64,000 bases of DNA, taken from NCBI GenBank assembly GCA_020344755.1, contig CP070829.1, forward strand, positions 472,973-536,972, read 5' to 3'. The translations under genes and the position numbers were made by a program. The first letter of the stretch is position 1. Each line of letters starts with the position of its first letter. This stretch comes from Gemmatimonadales bacterium (GTDB lineage Bacteria > Gemmatimonadota > Gemmatimonadetes > Longimicrobiales > Gaopeijiaceae). Under the pieces are notes generated by a model that saw only the letters and a program-made list of their open reading frames with translations, was not told where the DNA came from and made no database searches. Below are positions 54,132 to 64,000 of the stretch, piece by piece.

Positions 54132-56326
54132 GCGGCGCGGCGATGGAGCGGCGGCAGTTCCTCAAGGTGACGGCCCTCGCGGGTGGCGGCCTCCTGCTCT
54201 CAAGCTATTCCGAGCTGGTGGCGGCCGACGTGGCGGCTACAAGCGCGATCGGGGGCGGAGCGGCCCCCGTCGCCCTCACCGGGCACGTCCGCATCGACCC
54301 TGACGGGACCATTACCATCATGGCCCAGAACCCGGAGATCGGGCAGGGCGTGAAGACCATGCTGCCCATGCTCATCGCCGAGGAGCTGGACGTGGCGTGG
54401 GAGAGTGTCCGGGTGGAGCAGGCGGACCTGGACACCGACCTCTACTCGGGCCAGTTCGCCGGGGGCAGCCTCGCCACGCCCATGCACTGGTATCCCATGC
54501 GGAGGGCCGGTGCCGCGGCACGCCAGATGCTGTTGGCCGCAGCCGCCCAGGAGTGGGGAGTCTCCCGGGACTCCCTGGAAACGGAAGAGGGGGTGGTGCA
54601 CCACCGGGCCAGTGGGCGGAGCGCGCCCTACGGAGCCTTTGTCACGGCGGCGGCGGGCCTCGCCGTTCCGGACCCGGAGACGGTTCCCCTGAAGGATCCC
54701 TCGGAGTTCACCATCATCGGGACGCCCCGGGGCAACGTGGACATCGACCCCATCGTCACCGGCCAGCCGCTCTTCGGCATCGACGTGGTCCAGCCCGGCA
54801 TGGTCTACGCCGTCTTCGAGAAGTGTCCCGTGTTCGGCGGAAAGGTCCGGAGCGCCAACCTGGACGCCGTCCGGGCGGCACCGGGAGTCCAGGACGCCTT
54901 CGTGGTGGAGGGAGGGAGCGATCTGTCGGGCCTCCTGTCCGGCGTGGCCATCGTCGGGGACAACTGGTGGCAGCTGAACCAGGCCCGGCGGACCGTCCTT
55001 GAGGTGGAATGGGACGAGGGCGATACGGCGGCGGAGAGCAGCGAGGGCTACCGGGCGCAGGCAGACGCCCTATTCCAGCAGCCGCCCCAGCGGTCGCTCC
55101 GGGAGGATGGCGAGTTCGAGGCCGCCTTCCAGGCCGCGGCCCACACCGTGGAGGCGGAGTACCACTACCCCTTCCTCTCCCACACGCCCTTGGAGCCGCA
55201 GAACTGCACGGCCCTCTTCCAGAACGGTCACCTGGAGCTCTGGGCGCCCACCCAGACTCCGGAGAGGGGACGCTCCATGGCGGCGGATCTCCTGGGGATC
55301 TCCCAGCAGGACATCACCCTCCACCTCACCCGCATGGGCGGTGGCTTCGGGCGGCGCCTGAGCAACGACTACCTGGTGGAGACGGCGTGGATCGCCCGTC
55401 AGCTCGAGGGCACCCCGGTCAAGCTCCAGTGGACCCGGGAAGACGACATGCGCCACGACTTCTACCGGCCGGCGGGCTACCACCGACTCGAGGGCGGCGT
55501 CGACGACAGCGGCCGCCTCGTGGCGTGGCGGAACCACTTCGTCTCCTTCGGCCGAGGGGACGGGTTCGCCCCCAGCGCCTCGGTCCGGGACTCGGAGTTC
55601 CCGGCCGGCGCCGTGCCGAACATGAGCATGGGCGTCAGCCTGATTCCCACCGGCGTGCCCACCGGTGCGCTCCGGGCGCCGGGCAGCAACGCGCTCGCCT
55701 TCGTATACCAGTCCTTCCTGGATGAGCTCGCCCACGCGGCCGGTGCCGATCCCCTGCAGTTCCGACTGGATCTGCTCGCCGGAGCCGGGCCGGAGACGGC
55801 GCTCGACGCCCCCCGGATGATCCGGGTCCTGGAGCGGGTCCGGGACGTGTCCGGTTGGGGGGCCACGAATCTCCCCGAAGGCACCGGCATGGGGGTGGCC
55901 TTCCACTTCAGCCACCGGGGATACGTGGCGGAGGTGGTGCAGGCCACCGTCAGTCCCGACGGCGCGCTCACCGTGGACAAGGTCTGGGCCGCGGTGGATA
56001 TCGGTCGGCACATCATCAATCCGCTCAACGCGGAGAACAACGCGCAGGGCTCGGTCATCGAGGGGATCTCCCACGCCCTGGGGCAGGAGATCACCATCGC
56101 GGACGGCCGGGTGTCTCAGTCGAACTTCAACAACTATCCCCTGCTCCGGATGAGCCAGACCCCGGAGGTGGAGGTCCACTGGGTCGAGAGTGACAACGAT
56201 CCCACCGGTCTGGGAGAGCCCCCGCTACCGCCGGCGATCCCAGCCCTCTGCAGCGCCATCTTCGCGGTCACCGGGAAGCGGATTCGCGAGCTCCCGATCT
56301 GGAAGCACAACCTGAGCTGGGGGTGA
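54128..56326 (+). CDS. iorB: Molybdopterin-binding large subunit (IorB-like) with Tat signal
   Basis: [46 protein letters not shown]; ATGA overlap with iorA. Confidence 0.9.
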   Translation: MSGAAMERRQFLKVTALAGGGLLLSSYSELVAADVAATSAIGGGAAPVALTGHVRIDPDGTITIMAQNPEIGQGVKTMLPMLIAEELDVAWESVRVEQADLDTDLYSGQFAGGSLATPMHWYPMRRAGAAARQMLLAAAAQEWGVSRDSLETEEGVVHHRASGRSAPYGAFVTAAAGLAVPDPETVPLKDPSEFTIIGTPRGNVDIDPIVTGQPLFGIDVVQPGMVYAVFEKCPVFGGKVRSANLDAVRAAPGVQDAFVVEGGSDLSGLLSGVAIVGDNWWQLNQARRTVLEVEWDEGDTAAESSEGYRAQADALFQQPPQRSLREDGEFEAAFQAAAHTVEAEYHYPFLSHTPLEPQNCTALFQNGHLELWAPTQTPERGRSMAADLLGISQQDITLHLTRMGGGFGRRLSNDYLVETAWIARQLEGTPVKLQWTREDDMRHDFYRPAGYHRLEGGVDDSGRLVAWRNHFVSFGRGDGFAPSASVRDSEFPAGAVPNMSMGVSLIPTGVPTGALRAPGSNALAFVYQSFLDELAHAAGADPLQFRLDLLAGAGPETALDAPRMIRVLERVRDVSGWGATNLPEGTGMGVAFHFSHRGYVAEVVQATVSPDGALTVDKVWAAVDIGRHIINPLNAENNAQGSVIEGISHALGQEITIADGRVSQSNFNNYPLLRMSQTPEVEVHWVESDNDPTGLGEPPLPPAIPALCSAIFAVTGKRIRELPIWKHNLSWG

Positions 56327-56346
56327 CGAACCCGGTCGTCACCCCC
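56319..56346 (+). terminator. Hairpin overlapping the iorB stop codon
   Basis: Perfect 11-bp stem GGGGGTGACGA / TCGTCACCCCC, 6-nt loop; no U-tract. Confidence 0.4.
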
Positions 56347-56459
56347 GGTGGCGGGTAGCGCCGGACCGCAGCGGATCGGGTACGAACGGTCCCGCCACGT
56401 CGTGCTGGACTTTCGCTTCGGGCCAGCCGTAGGTTCGGCCTCCACAAGGAGGCCGTCCC

Positions 56460-56972
56460 ATGGTTTCACCGAAGTTCAGCGAGTCCATCAGCACCATCGC
56501 GGTCCTGCTCGGGCTGTTCTTCGTCGGATTCGAGATCCGTCAGAACACCAATGCGGTGAAGGGCGCGACGATCCAGGCGCTGGCAGAGATGAGCCAGGAG
56601 AACTCGTTCCTGGGCATCGAGAATCCGGATCTTCGCACAGCCTATCGGATCGTGCGTGAGTTCGGTCCCGACTCCCTGACCATCGACCAGCTGGACCTTC
56701 TCGGGTGGTTCACCACCTCGTCGCTCCGCGTGATGGAGAACCGGTGGCGCCAGTCGCAGCTCGGCACCCTCGACGACTTCAACACCGCCGCCGCAGGGGA
56801 CCCCTTCTGGCGCTCGATCTGGTTCCGGGGCTGGTGGGCGCGGAACGGAGTGCAGGTCTACGGGGGCACCAGGTTCTTCGACTTCGTGGAGTCGGAGCTC
56901 CTGACCCGCCCGGACCTGGAGCTCTCTCCCTTCGGCCAGGAGACCGACCTCCCGATCCCCGGGAAACGCTGA
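56460..56972 (+). CDS. Hypothetical protein with N-terminal TM
   Basis: AGGAGG RBS; IAVLLGLFFVGFEIRQNT. Confidence 0.75.
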   Translation: MVSPKFSESISTIAVLLGLFFVGFEIRQNTNAVKGATIQALAEMSQENSFLGIENPDLRTAYRIVREFGPDSLTIDQLDLLGWFTTSSLRVMENRWRQSQLGTLDDFNTAAAGDPFWRSIWFRGWWARNGVQVYGGTRFFDFVESELLTRPDLELSPFGQETDLPIPGKR

Positions 56973-57128
56973 CCCGAGAGGCGAGTTCGGGCTTCGGAGC
57001 GGACCCTCCGCACCAGGCCCCGCGGCCGCGGTGCGGGTCGTGCGCAGGGTGCACGACGGGCCCGCACCCCATCCTCCACGATGGTTCTGCGTCACGTCCG
57101 CCTGCGCACCCGACCCGGTGCGCAGGGC

Positions 57129-57935
57129 TCACTGGGCAGCAGAATAGAGCTCGACCGGCTCCGCGAAACCCTTTAGCGATCTCGTACCCTGGGAGTCGAA
57201 TGTGAGGTCGGAGCCGACGCACGCATCTTTGATCTCACGGGATACGAAGACGGTGCCCGCCTCGGCCACATCACAGATTCGGGACGTCATCTGCACCGCC
57301 GAGCCGAAAAGGTCGTCACTCTCCTCCACCGGCTCACCCGCATGCAGCCCGATTCGGATTCGGAGAGGGATCTCACTGTGCGCGTTGTACGTCGCGAACT
57401 CCTCCTGGATCCGGATGGCACACAGGACCGCATCGGGTGCCTCCCTGAATGACGCCATGATGCCATCCCCGAGATGCTTGACCTCGGAACCACCGAAGCG
57501 CTTCAGACAACGGCGGACGATACTGTCATGCACCCGGACCAATTCCACCGCCCCGGCGTCCCCGAGTCGCGCGGTCATCTCCGTGGACCCGACCATGTCG
57601 GTGAACATGATGGAACGAAAACCCGACTCGTCGATGGGCTTCGTCTTGGCGGTCGGCGGATCCTGGATGCGACCGAGAAAGGCCTCCACGGCGGAAAGGT
57701 CGACAGGGGTGATCTCGTGGGCCACCTGTCCGTGCGCCTCGGCATGGACCTGGTTGACCGTCTCCCTGTCGGGCGCATCGACGAGGCAAAAGGTGGTGCG
57801 ACGCGCCTTGTCGTACCAGTAGGTCAGGAACTTCGCTCCGTACCGATCCTGGAGCTCCAGATCTTTGAGGTGTAACTCGGCTACATCCTCTGCGGATAAC
57901 TCGCCCGCATCGTGACGGTCCATGAAGATCGGCAT
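57129..57935 (-). CDS. DUF4242 (SCO4226-like) domain fused to a class III nucleotide cyclase
   Basis: GAGGAG RBS; MDRH...FCLVDAPD...VHAEAHG; FTDMVGST, VKHLGDGIM, RIGLHAGEP, DLFGSAVQMTSR. Confidence 0.85.
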   Translation of the reverse strand: MPIFMDRHDAGELSAEDVAELHLKDLELQDRYGAKFLTYWYDKARRTTFCLVDAPDRETVNQVHAEAHGQVAHEITPVDLSAVEAFLGRIQDPPTAKTKPIDESGFRSIMFTDMVGSTEMTARLGDAGAVELVRVHDSIVRRCLKRFGGSEVKHLGDGIMASFREAPDAVLCAIRIQEEFATYNAHSEIPLRIRIGLHAGEPVEESDDLFGSAVQMTSRICDVAEAGTVFVSREIKDACVGSDLTFDSQGTRSLKGFAEPVELYSAAQ

Positions 57936-58219
57936 TCGCGACTCCTCACACGCATGCGTGTAGTCCGGTGCGCTCCAGTTCGAGCGCCCACAGTAGGAGC
58001 GGGACTCCACGGCTGCAAATGAGAGTGGTCCGCTCGCCCACCCCCACCGGTGGGTGGTAGCCCCGTCGGGGAGACTGTATCGTGCGAGCGGCACCTGTGT
58101 AGTTCGACCGCGGCTGGGCCTGGGCCGATGGCGTCACAGTCGAGGGGGGGTGCCCGAGGGTCCGCGTTTCTTGCCTTTCGAAAAGGGGGCCGTTCTTGAG
58201 TGGAGATCGTGGTGAGCGT

Positions 58220-59902
58220 ATGCGGCCGGTGATCCTGATCGCTGACGATCGCGCGGACGCGCTCGAGCGCATCCGTCACGAACTCGACCGTCGTTATGCA
58301 TCCGACTACCGAATCGTGTGCGAAGCGTCGGCGCAGGGGGCCCTCCAGACCCTCGAGGCGATACGGGACGGCGACGACGCCCTGGCGCTGGTGATGGCTG
58401 CGCAGTGGATGGAGACTCTGACGGGGGAGGAGCTGCTCATCCGTGCGAAGGCGATGCACCCGAACGCCAAGCGGGCGCTCCTGATCGACTTCGGTGCCTG
58501 GGGCGACCAACCGACGGCGGAGGCGGTCCTCCGGGCCATGGCTCTCGGGCACATGGACTACTACGTGCTCAAGCCATGGCGGTCACCCGACGAACTGTTT
58601 CACCGGATGGTCGCGGAGTTCCTTCACGAGTGGTCTCGCACCCGTCCGGGCGCGATCCGTGAGCTCGTCATCATCGCGGACCGTTGGGCCTCGCGAGGCC
58701 ACGAGCTTCGCGCGCAGCTGGATCGAAACGGTGTACCCCACGCCTTCTATGCGAGTGATTCCCCTGAAGCCGAGAATCTACTGGCCCAGATCGGCGAGAC
58801 CGCTTCGAGCGGGCCCATCGTGGTCACGTTCGATGGCCGTGTGCTGTTCGATCCGACGAACACCGAGCTGGCTCGAGCCTATGGCGTGAACACACAACTC
58901 GGAGATGAACGGGATTTCGACGTAGCCATCGTGGGAGCGGGCCCGGCGGGGTTGTCGGCCGCCGTGTATGCCTCGTCCGAGGGACTCCGCACCCTGGTGG
59001 TGGAAGCCGAGTCCATCGGCGGGCAAGCCGGCTCGAGCTCCCTCATCCGGAACTACCTCGGATTCCCGCGGGGAGTGAGCGGTGCGGAGCTCGCGCAGCG
59101 GGCGTATCAGCAGGCATGGGTCTTCGGCACGCGCTTCCTGCTCATGCAACGCGTGGTCGGGTTGGAGTGCGGACGAGATCGACACACCCTGATCATGTCC
59201 GACCAGAGCCGGGCGACGGCGCGCGCGGTGATTCTGGCCACGGGCGTCTCCTATCGGCGCCTGGACATCGCCGGTCTGGAGGCGCTGGTGGGGGCCGGGG
59301 TCTTCTATGGAATGTCGGTATCCGAGGCGCAGGCCCTGGTGCAGGAAGACGTCTTCGTCGTTGGGGGCGGGAATTCCGCCGGGCAGGCCGCGGTGAGCCT
59401 CTCGCGCTACGCCCGCCACGTCACCATGCTCGTCCGCGGCTCCACGCTTGCCACCTCGATGTCGCAGTATCTCCAGGACGAGATCGCCGCCAACCGGAAG
59501 ATCTCCGTCCGTTACCACGCGGAGATTGCGGACGGGGGCGGCGAAGGTCGATTGAGATGGCTTTCGATCCGCGACGCATCGACGGGCGAGAGTACCACGA
59601 GCCCTGCGGGGGCGCTGTTCATTCTCATCGGCGCCTGGCCGCACACCGAGTGGCTGCCTCCCGAGTTCGATCGAGACGAGCAGGGCTACCTCCGCACGGG
59701 GGTCCAGGCCGAGGCCTCCTGGGACCGCAGGCTTGCACGATCCCCCATGCAGTTCGAGACCAGTGCGCCCGGCGTCTTCGCAGTGGGAGACGTTCGGCAG
59801 GGCTCGGTGAAGCGGGTGGCCTCTTCCGTCGGAGAAGGATCGGTCGTCATCGCGCAGGTGCACCGGTACCTGAGCGCACAGTCGGTCGAGAACGGGTCGT
59901 AG
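58220..59902 (+). CDS. Receiver-like domain fused to a thioredoxin reductase-like flavoprotein
   Basis: LIADD...YYVLKPW; VGAGPAGLSAAVYASSEG, GGQAGSSSLIRNYLGFP, VVGGGNSAGQAA, GVFAVGDVR. Confidence 0.88.
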   Translation: MRPVILIADDRADALERIRHELDRRYASDYRIVCEASAQGALQTLEAIRDGDDALALVMAAQWMETLTGEELLIRAKAMHPNAKRALLIDFGAWGDQPTAEAVLRAMALGHMDYYVLKPWRSPDELFHRMVAEFLHEWSRTRPGAIRELVIIADRWASRGHELRAQLDRNGVPHAFYASDSPEAENLLAQIGETASSGPIVVTFDGRVLFDPTNTELARAYGVNTQLGDERDFDVAIVGAGPAGLSAAVYASSEGLRTLVVEAESIGGQAGSSSLIRNYLGFPRGVSGAELAQRAYQQAWVFGTRFLLMQRVVGLECGRDRHTLIMSDQSRATARAVILATGVSYRRLDIAGLEALVGAGVFYGMSVSEAQALVQEDVFVVGGGNSAGQAAVSLSRYARHVTMLVRGSTLATSMSQYLQDEIAANRKISVRYHAEIADGGGEGRLRWLSIRDASTGESTTSPAGALFILIGAWPHTEWLPPEFDRDEQGYLRTGVQAEASWDRRLARSPMQFETSAPGVFAVGDVRQGSVKRVASSVGEGSVVIAQVHRYLSAQSVENGS

Positions 59903-60094
59903 CTCACCGTCGAGCAACCGCCCGCGTAGGGCGTTCCCCTGGGCGGACCACCATGCCCGGGCCCCGAGTCTTCAGGGCTCCGGATCGCCTCGCGGATGGT
60001 GTCTCGGGCGGAGGGCCACCATACTCCGCAGTGCGAGAGCGCGCCCGACCCGCTCCGGCGCCCGGCCCCCTCCCCCCACGCCAGGAGGACGAAG

Positions 60095-61474
60095 ATGTCA
60101 GCTCCCGACCCCACCGCACTGCAGCAAGCCCTCAGAGGCCAGGTGATCCCACCGGGGCATCCCGCCTACGACGACTCCCGTGCGATCTGGAACGGGATGA
60201 TCGACCGGAGACCCTGGGCCATCGCACGTTGTATCGGCACGGCCGACATCCAGGCCTGCTTGAGATACGCGCTCGAGCACGATCTCCCCTTCACCGTCCG
60301 TGGAGGGGGCCACAACATCGCCGGACTGGCTGTCGCCGATGACGCACTGATGATCGACCTGTCCGGCATGCGCGGTGCGTGGGTGAACCGCGGCGCGGGC
60401 ACCGTGCGCGTTCAGCCCGGGGCCACCCTCGGCGATATCGATCGCGAGACGCAGCTCCACGGGCTGGCCGCCGTCCTGGGCTTCGTCTCCAACACCGGCG
60501 CCACGGGCCTGACGCTGGGCGGCGGCTTCGGCTACCTGACCCGCGAATACGGGTGGACCTGCGACAACGTGACTTCGGCAGAACTGGTCACGGCCGAGGG
60601 CCGGCTCGTCCGGGCCAGCGAAACCGAGAACGCCGACCTGTTCTGGGGACTCCGGGGCGGAGGCGGCAACTTCGGCATCGTGGCGGGCATGGATCACAAG
60701 CTCTACCCGGTGGGGCCCGAGATCGTCGGTGGCCTGATCGCCTGGAAGGCAGAGGACGCGGACGCCGTGCTCGAGATGTTCCGCAACGTCACCGTCAATG
60801 CGCCGCGGGAGCTGACCTGCGCGGCGCTCATGCGAAAGGCTCCCCCCGCGCCCTGGCTTCCGCCGGAGATGCACGGACAGCCCATCGTGGGCATCGTGCT
60901 CTGCCATTCCGGGCCGGTCGAGCAGGCGGAAGCCGACGTGTCCGCCATCATCCACCACGGGTCTCCGGTCGGAAGCGTGGTGCAGCGCCGTTCCTACGTC
61001 TCCCAGCAGAGCATCCTCGACGCCACGCAACCCAACGGTCGCCGGTACTACTGGAAGTCGGAGTACCTGCCGGGGCTCGACTCCGACCTCCTTCGCTCCT
61101 ATCGCGACTACGGTGAGAGGATCGAGTCCCCCCATTCGGCGATTCTCTTGTTTCAGGTGGGCGGCGCGGTTGCCGACCTGCCGGAGGATCACTCGCCGAT
61201 GGGGAACCGCGATGCACGGTACGTCCTCAACATCACCGCCTCCTGGGAAGGGGCCGAAGAGGACGAACGCCACATCGGCTGGGCGCGCGACGCCTGGGCT
61301 TCGATGCGCGGTTTCTCCACCGGCGGTACCTACGTCAACTTCCTCACCGAGGATGACGGAATCGACCGAATCCGGGACGCGTACGGAGCCCACTACGACC
61401 GCCTGGTCGAAGTAAAGACCCGTTGGGACCCCGCGAACGTGTTCAACGCGAACAAGAACATCGCACCCCGGTAG
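60095..61474 (+). CDS. FAD-binding oxidoreductase (BBE/VAO-like)
   Basis: AGGAGG RBS; VRGGGHNIAG (covalent His), GLTLGGGFG, LFWGLRGGGGNFGIV, YVNF, KTRWDPANVF. Confidence 0.92.
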   Translation: MSAPDPTALQQALRGQVIPPGHPAYDDSRAIWNGMIDRRPWAIARCIGTADIQACLRYALEHDLPFTVRGGGHNIAGLAVADDALMIDLSGMRGAWVNRGAGTVRVQPGATLGDIDRETQLHGLAAVLGFVSNTGATGLTLGGGFGYLTREYGWTCDNVTSAELVTAEGRLVRASETENADLFWGLRGGGGNFGIVAGMDHKLYPVGPEIVGGLIAWKAEDADAVLEMFRNVTVNAPRELTCAALMRKAPPAPWLPPEMHGQPIVGIVLCHSGPVEQAEADVSAIIHHGSPVGSVVQRRSYVSQQSILDATQPNGRRYYWKSEYLPGLDSDLLRSYRDYGERIESPHSAILLFQVGGAVADLPEDHSPMGNRDARYVLNITASWEGAEEDERHIGWARDAWASMRGFSTGGTYVNFLTEDDGIDRIRDAYGAHYDRLVEVKTRWDPANVFNANKNIAPR

Positions 61475-61945
61475 GTCTCTCGCGGGTCGGCGGCCAAGGC
61501 CCGGCGGGTCGATACGGTGACTGCAGCCTCCCCTGGGTTGAGCCGACCGACTCCGACGCGAGACACCTTCTGAATCAGCTCCTCCTTCCCCCTGTGCGAG
61601 TGAGCTGCTGCCGCGGGCCAGCCCGCACATCTCCAGCTGCGATGGTGCGGAGGGGACCACGGCCCTCCGCACCGTCCTTCCGACGGTGTCGTGGATCACG
61701 TCTGGCTCGGGGAGGCACGGATCGTTCGCGACGCACTCGCGGCGGAGTCGCGAACGACCATGGGACCCCCCGAACGGGTACCGGGTCGACCCACGAAGGG
61801 CCCGGAAGCCGGAGGCCCGGAGTCATCGTGCACGTTGCGCCCACCGATGGGCCCCCGCATCGTGCAGGCGAGGTGTTGCGCGAGACGCGTAAGCGCGGCA
61901 TGCACAGGAATTCCCTCCCGCCACCGTAACTGGAAGGACGGTGCC

Positions 61946-63214
61946 GTGGGATTCTCGACAGCCCCGGACGTCGACCACGAAGCGCCCGGCCCGGTCGCGC
62001 CCTCGGAACGCATCGCCGTCCTGGACATCCTCCGGGGATTCGCGCTCTTCGGCGTCCTGGTGGTGAACCTGCCGGACCTGGCATGGGAGACCGGGGTGAG
62101 CGCCACCCGGTCGGGCCTCCTGCACCAGTCGATCCAATGGGTCGTCGATTTCGCCTTCGGGCACCGCTTCCTGGGGCTCTTCTCCATCCTGTTCGGCGTC
62201 GGCTTCGTGATCCAGAAGGAGCGAGCCGCGAGACGCGGGAAGCCCTTCCTTCCGGTCTACCTCCGCCGGATGGCGGTCCTGCTGGTCTTCGGTCTGCTCC
62301 ACGCCCTGATCTATCCGGGCGACATCCTAGTCCGCTATGCCCTGGTGGGGCTGCTGCTGCCGCTGGCGTACCGGGGCTCCGTTCGCACCGTGACCGTGGC
62401 GGCGGCGGCACTCGTGATCCTCTCCGCCGTGGGTCCGGTGGTGGGCGATCTGACGGGACATCTGGTGTCCGAGCCCGTGGTACGGGTCCTCGACGATGCG
62501 AACCGGTCGGAGTTCTGCAGCCAGACGAGAGAGCGCATCATGGCGGAGGGGATCGGAGGCCGCCGCGAGCTCTATGAGCGGGGGCGGCTGAGCCAGGTGG
62601 CGCCCGTCAATCTCTGCCGGCTCCCTGCCGAGGCCCGCTGGTGGATCCGGACCGGGAGGCTCGAGGGAATTCTCGCGTACTTCCTGATCGGCATGGTGCT
62701 GGCCAGGGTCGGCTTCTTCGCCGGCGTCCAGGAGAGGAAACGACTCCTCAAGGGGGTGCTGCTCGGGGGAGCCGTCCTGGGGTTCGCCCTCCTCGCCCTC
62801 GAAATGCTCACCCCCGATGTCGAGACCGCGATGTGGGATCTGGTGAAGCGATCCCTGTTGAGCGTCGGAAGGCTCGCGACCTGCCTTGCCTACGGCAGCG
62901 GCGTCATCCTGGCCTTCATGACCCCCACCGGGGTGAGGATCCTGTCTCCCCTCGGATCCGTCGGCCGCATGGCGCTCACCGCCTATCTCGGCCAATCCCT
63001 CATCGCCACCACGCTCTTCTACGGCTACGGCCTCGGGTGGGGGCGGACACTCAGCTCAGCAGGCGTCATCGCGGTCGGGTTCGGGATCTACGCCGTTCTC
63101 ATCCCCTTCTGCGTGGTCTGGCTCCGGTACTTCCGATTCGGGCCGTTGGAGTGGATCTGGCGGAGCATCACGTATGGGCGGGTCCAGCCCCTCAGGGGTG
63201 GAGCTGGACGGTAA
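61946..63214 (+). CDS. DUF418 (YeiB-like) membrane protein
   Basis: RIAVLDILRGFALFGVL, FSILFGVG, GDILVRY, GRMALTAYLGQS, FGPLEWIWR. Confidence 0.88.
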   Translation: MGFSTAPDVDHEAPGPVAPSERIAVLDILRGFALFGVLVVNLPDLAWETGVSATRSGLLHQSIQWVVDFAFGHRFLGLFSILFGVGFVIQKERAARRGKPFLPVYLRRMAVLLVFGLLHALIYPGDILVRYALVGLLLPLAYRGSVRTVTVAAAALVILSAVGPVVGDLTGHLVSEPVVRVLDDANRSEFCSQTRERIMAEGIGGRRELYERGRLSQVAPVNLCRLPAEARWWIRTGRLEGILAYFLIGMVLARVGFFAGVQERKRLLKGVLLGGAVLGFALLALEMLTPDVETAMWDLVKRSLLSVGRLATCLAYGSGVILAFMTPTGVRILSPLGSVGRMALTAYLGQSLIATTLFYGYGLGWGRTLSSAGVIAVGFGIYAVLIPFCVVWLRYFRFGPLEWIWRSITYGRVQPLRGGAGR

Positions 63215-63445
63215 AGGGGGACGATCACGCGCGCCCACCAGCACCAGGCCCGCACTCTCTCCTTGTAGATCACGAATCCACCGGCCATCATCCCTCTCCC
63301 GGCAGGTGGGGCGTCCGCCGAGCCATCCGCCACGCATCGGGGGTGGACCGACCGGTGGACGGGGCCGTGGCCGGTGACCTCTCTTTCTTGAATCGCCGTT
63401 CGGTGGAGCCAAGCCCCGGACGGCGCTGGCCTCGAGGAGAACAGG

Positions 63446-64000
63446 ATGAGCGGACCTCAGGGCGGTCTATTCCTCGGAGGAGTCGTGGATCCCACCACGG
63501 GGGATCGCACCGGCGAGCGACTCGTCACGGAGGCCCACCACCTGACCACCCACGGCGTCGTCGTGGGGATGACCGGGTCGGGAAAGACGGGGCTGGGCGT
63601 GATCCTCCTGGAGGAGGCCCTCCTCTCCGGGATCCCGGTCCTGGCTCTGGACCCCAAGGGGGACATGGGGAACCTCCTCCTCACCTTCCCCGAGTTCCGT
63701 CCCGCCGACTTCCGTCCCTGGGTCGACGCCGCCGAAGCCCGCCGGAAGGGGGTGGACCTGGACGCTCTCGCCGCTTCCACGGCGGAGAAGTGGAAGGAGG
63801 GGCTGGCCTCGTGGGAGGTGGCGCCCGAGCGGCTCCGCGACCTCCGAAGAGCCGCCGACTTCACCATCTATACGCCCGGATCCTCGTCGGGCGTTCCCCT
63901 GAACCTCCTGGGGTCCCTCCAGGCCCCGGCCGATGGGACGGATCTGGAGTCCATGCGGGAGGAGATCGAAGGCTTCGTGTCCTCGCTCCTCACCCTGGCG
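63446..64000 (+). CDS. HerA/FtsK-like P-loop ATPase, N-terminal part (truncated by the window end)
   Basis: GAGGAG RBS; my translation gives LTTHGVVVGMTGSGKTGLG...LDPKGD...IYTPGSSSG. Open to the window edge and absent from the ORF track. Confidence 0.85.
   Translation, partial: MSGPQGGLFLGGVVDPTTGDRTGERLVTEAHHLTTHGVVVGMTGSGKTGLGVILLEEALLSGIPVLALDPKGDMGNLLLTFPEFRPADFRPWVDAAEARRKGVDLDALAASTAEKWKEGLASWEVAPERLRDLRRAADFTIYTPGSSSGVPLNLLGSLQAPADGTDLESMREEIEGFVSSLLTLA

Noticed and set aside
63088-63333. Small minus-strand ORF overlapping the DUF418 3' end
   Set aside because: Overlaps a real gene, has no recognisable motif and only a weak start context.
1-64000. tRNA, rRNA, transposase, integrase, prophage or recoded (Sec/frameshift) genes
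   Set aside because: None recognised; all major genes read through without internal stops or evident frameshifts.

Overview
High-GC bacterial chromosome segment with about 44 recognisable genes. The gene content (PadR plus ADOP-type permease, Ser/Thr kinase with TolB-like repeats, S9 peptidase, propeller-amidohydrolase) suggests Gemmatimonadota, by inference only. I found no rRNA, tRNA, CRISPR array, transposase or integrase. The main result is a 15-gene, about 17.6 kb minus-strand run (27423 to 9849) with gaps of 66 nt or less and six 4-nt start/stop overlaps. Its order is amtB, an atypical PII, glnA, flotillin, an orphan, two RsbR sensors (membrane dCache-HAMP-STAS and globin-STAS), RsbS, an RsbT-RsbX fusion, a PP2C-HATPase protein, RsbV, a 6TM cyclic-nucleotide-binding K+ channel, a three-domain protein (isochorismatase-like, APH-type kinase, NUDT9-like), an IMPase-family phosphatase and an RCK-domain channel-like protein. 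No sigma factor lies in the window, so the stressosome output may go to ion channels and an NAD/ADP-ribose-linked kinase (hypothesis). Several components have lost canonical regulatory residues: RsbS has Ala at the Ser59-equivalent, PII lacks Tyr51/Gln39/Arg101/Arg103, and the Nudix box is degenerate. Other points of interest are twin 23-bp operator palindromes upstream of a four-repeat glycan-binding lipoprotein, a GH149-like phosphorylase next to a GH3 glucosidase, and an apbE-doxX-Gfo/Idh/MocA cluster whose oxidoreductase carries a flavinylation-like DAVTSAT motif. All domain calls come from motif recognition by eye; no HMM or BLAST search was run.
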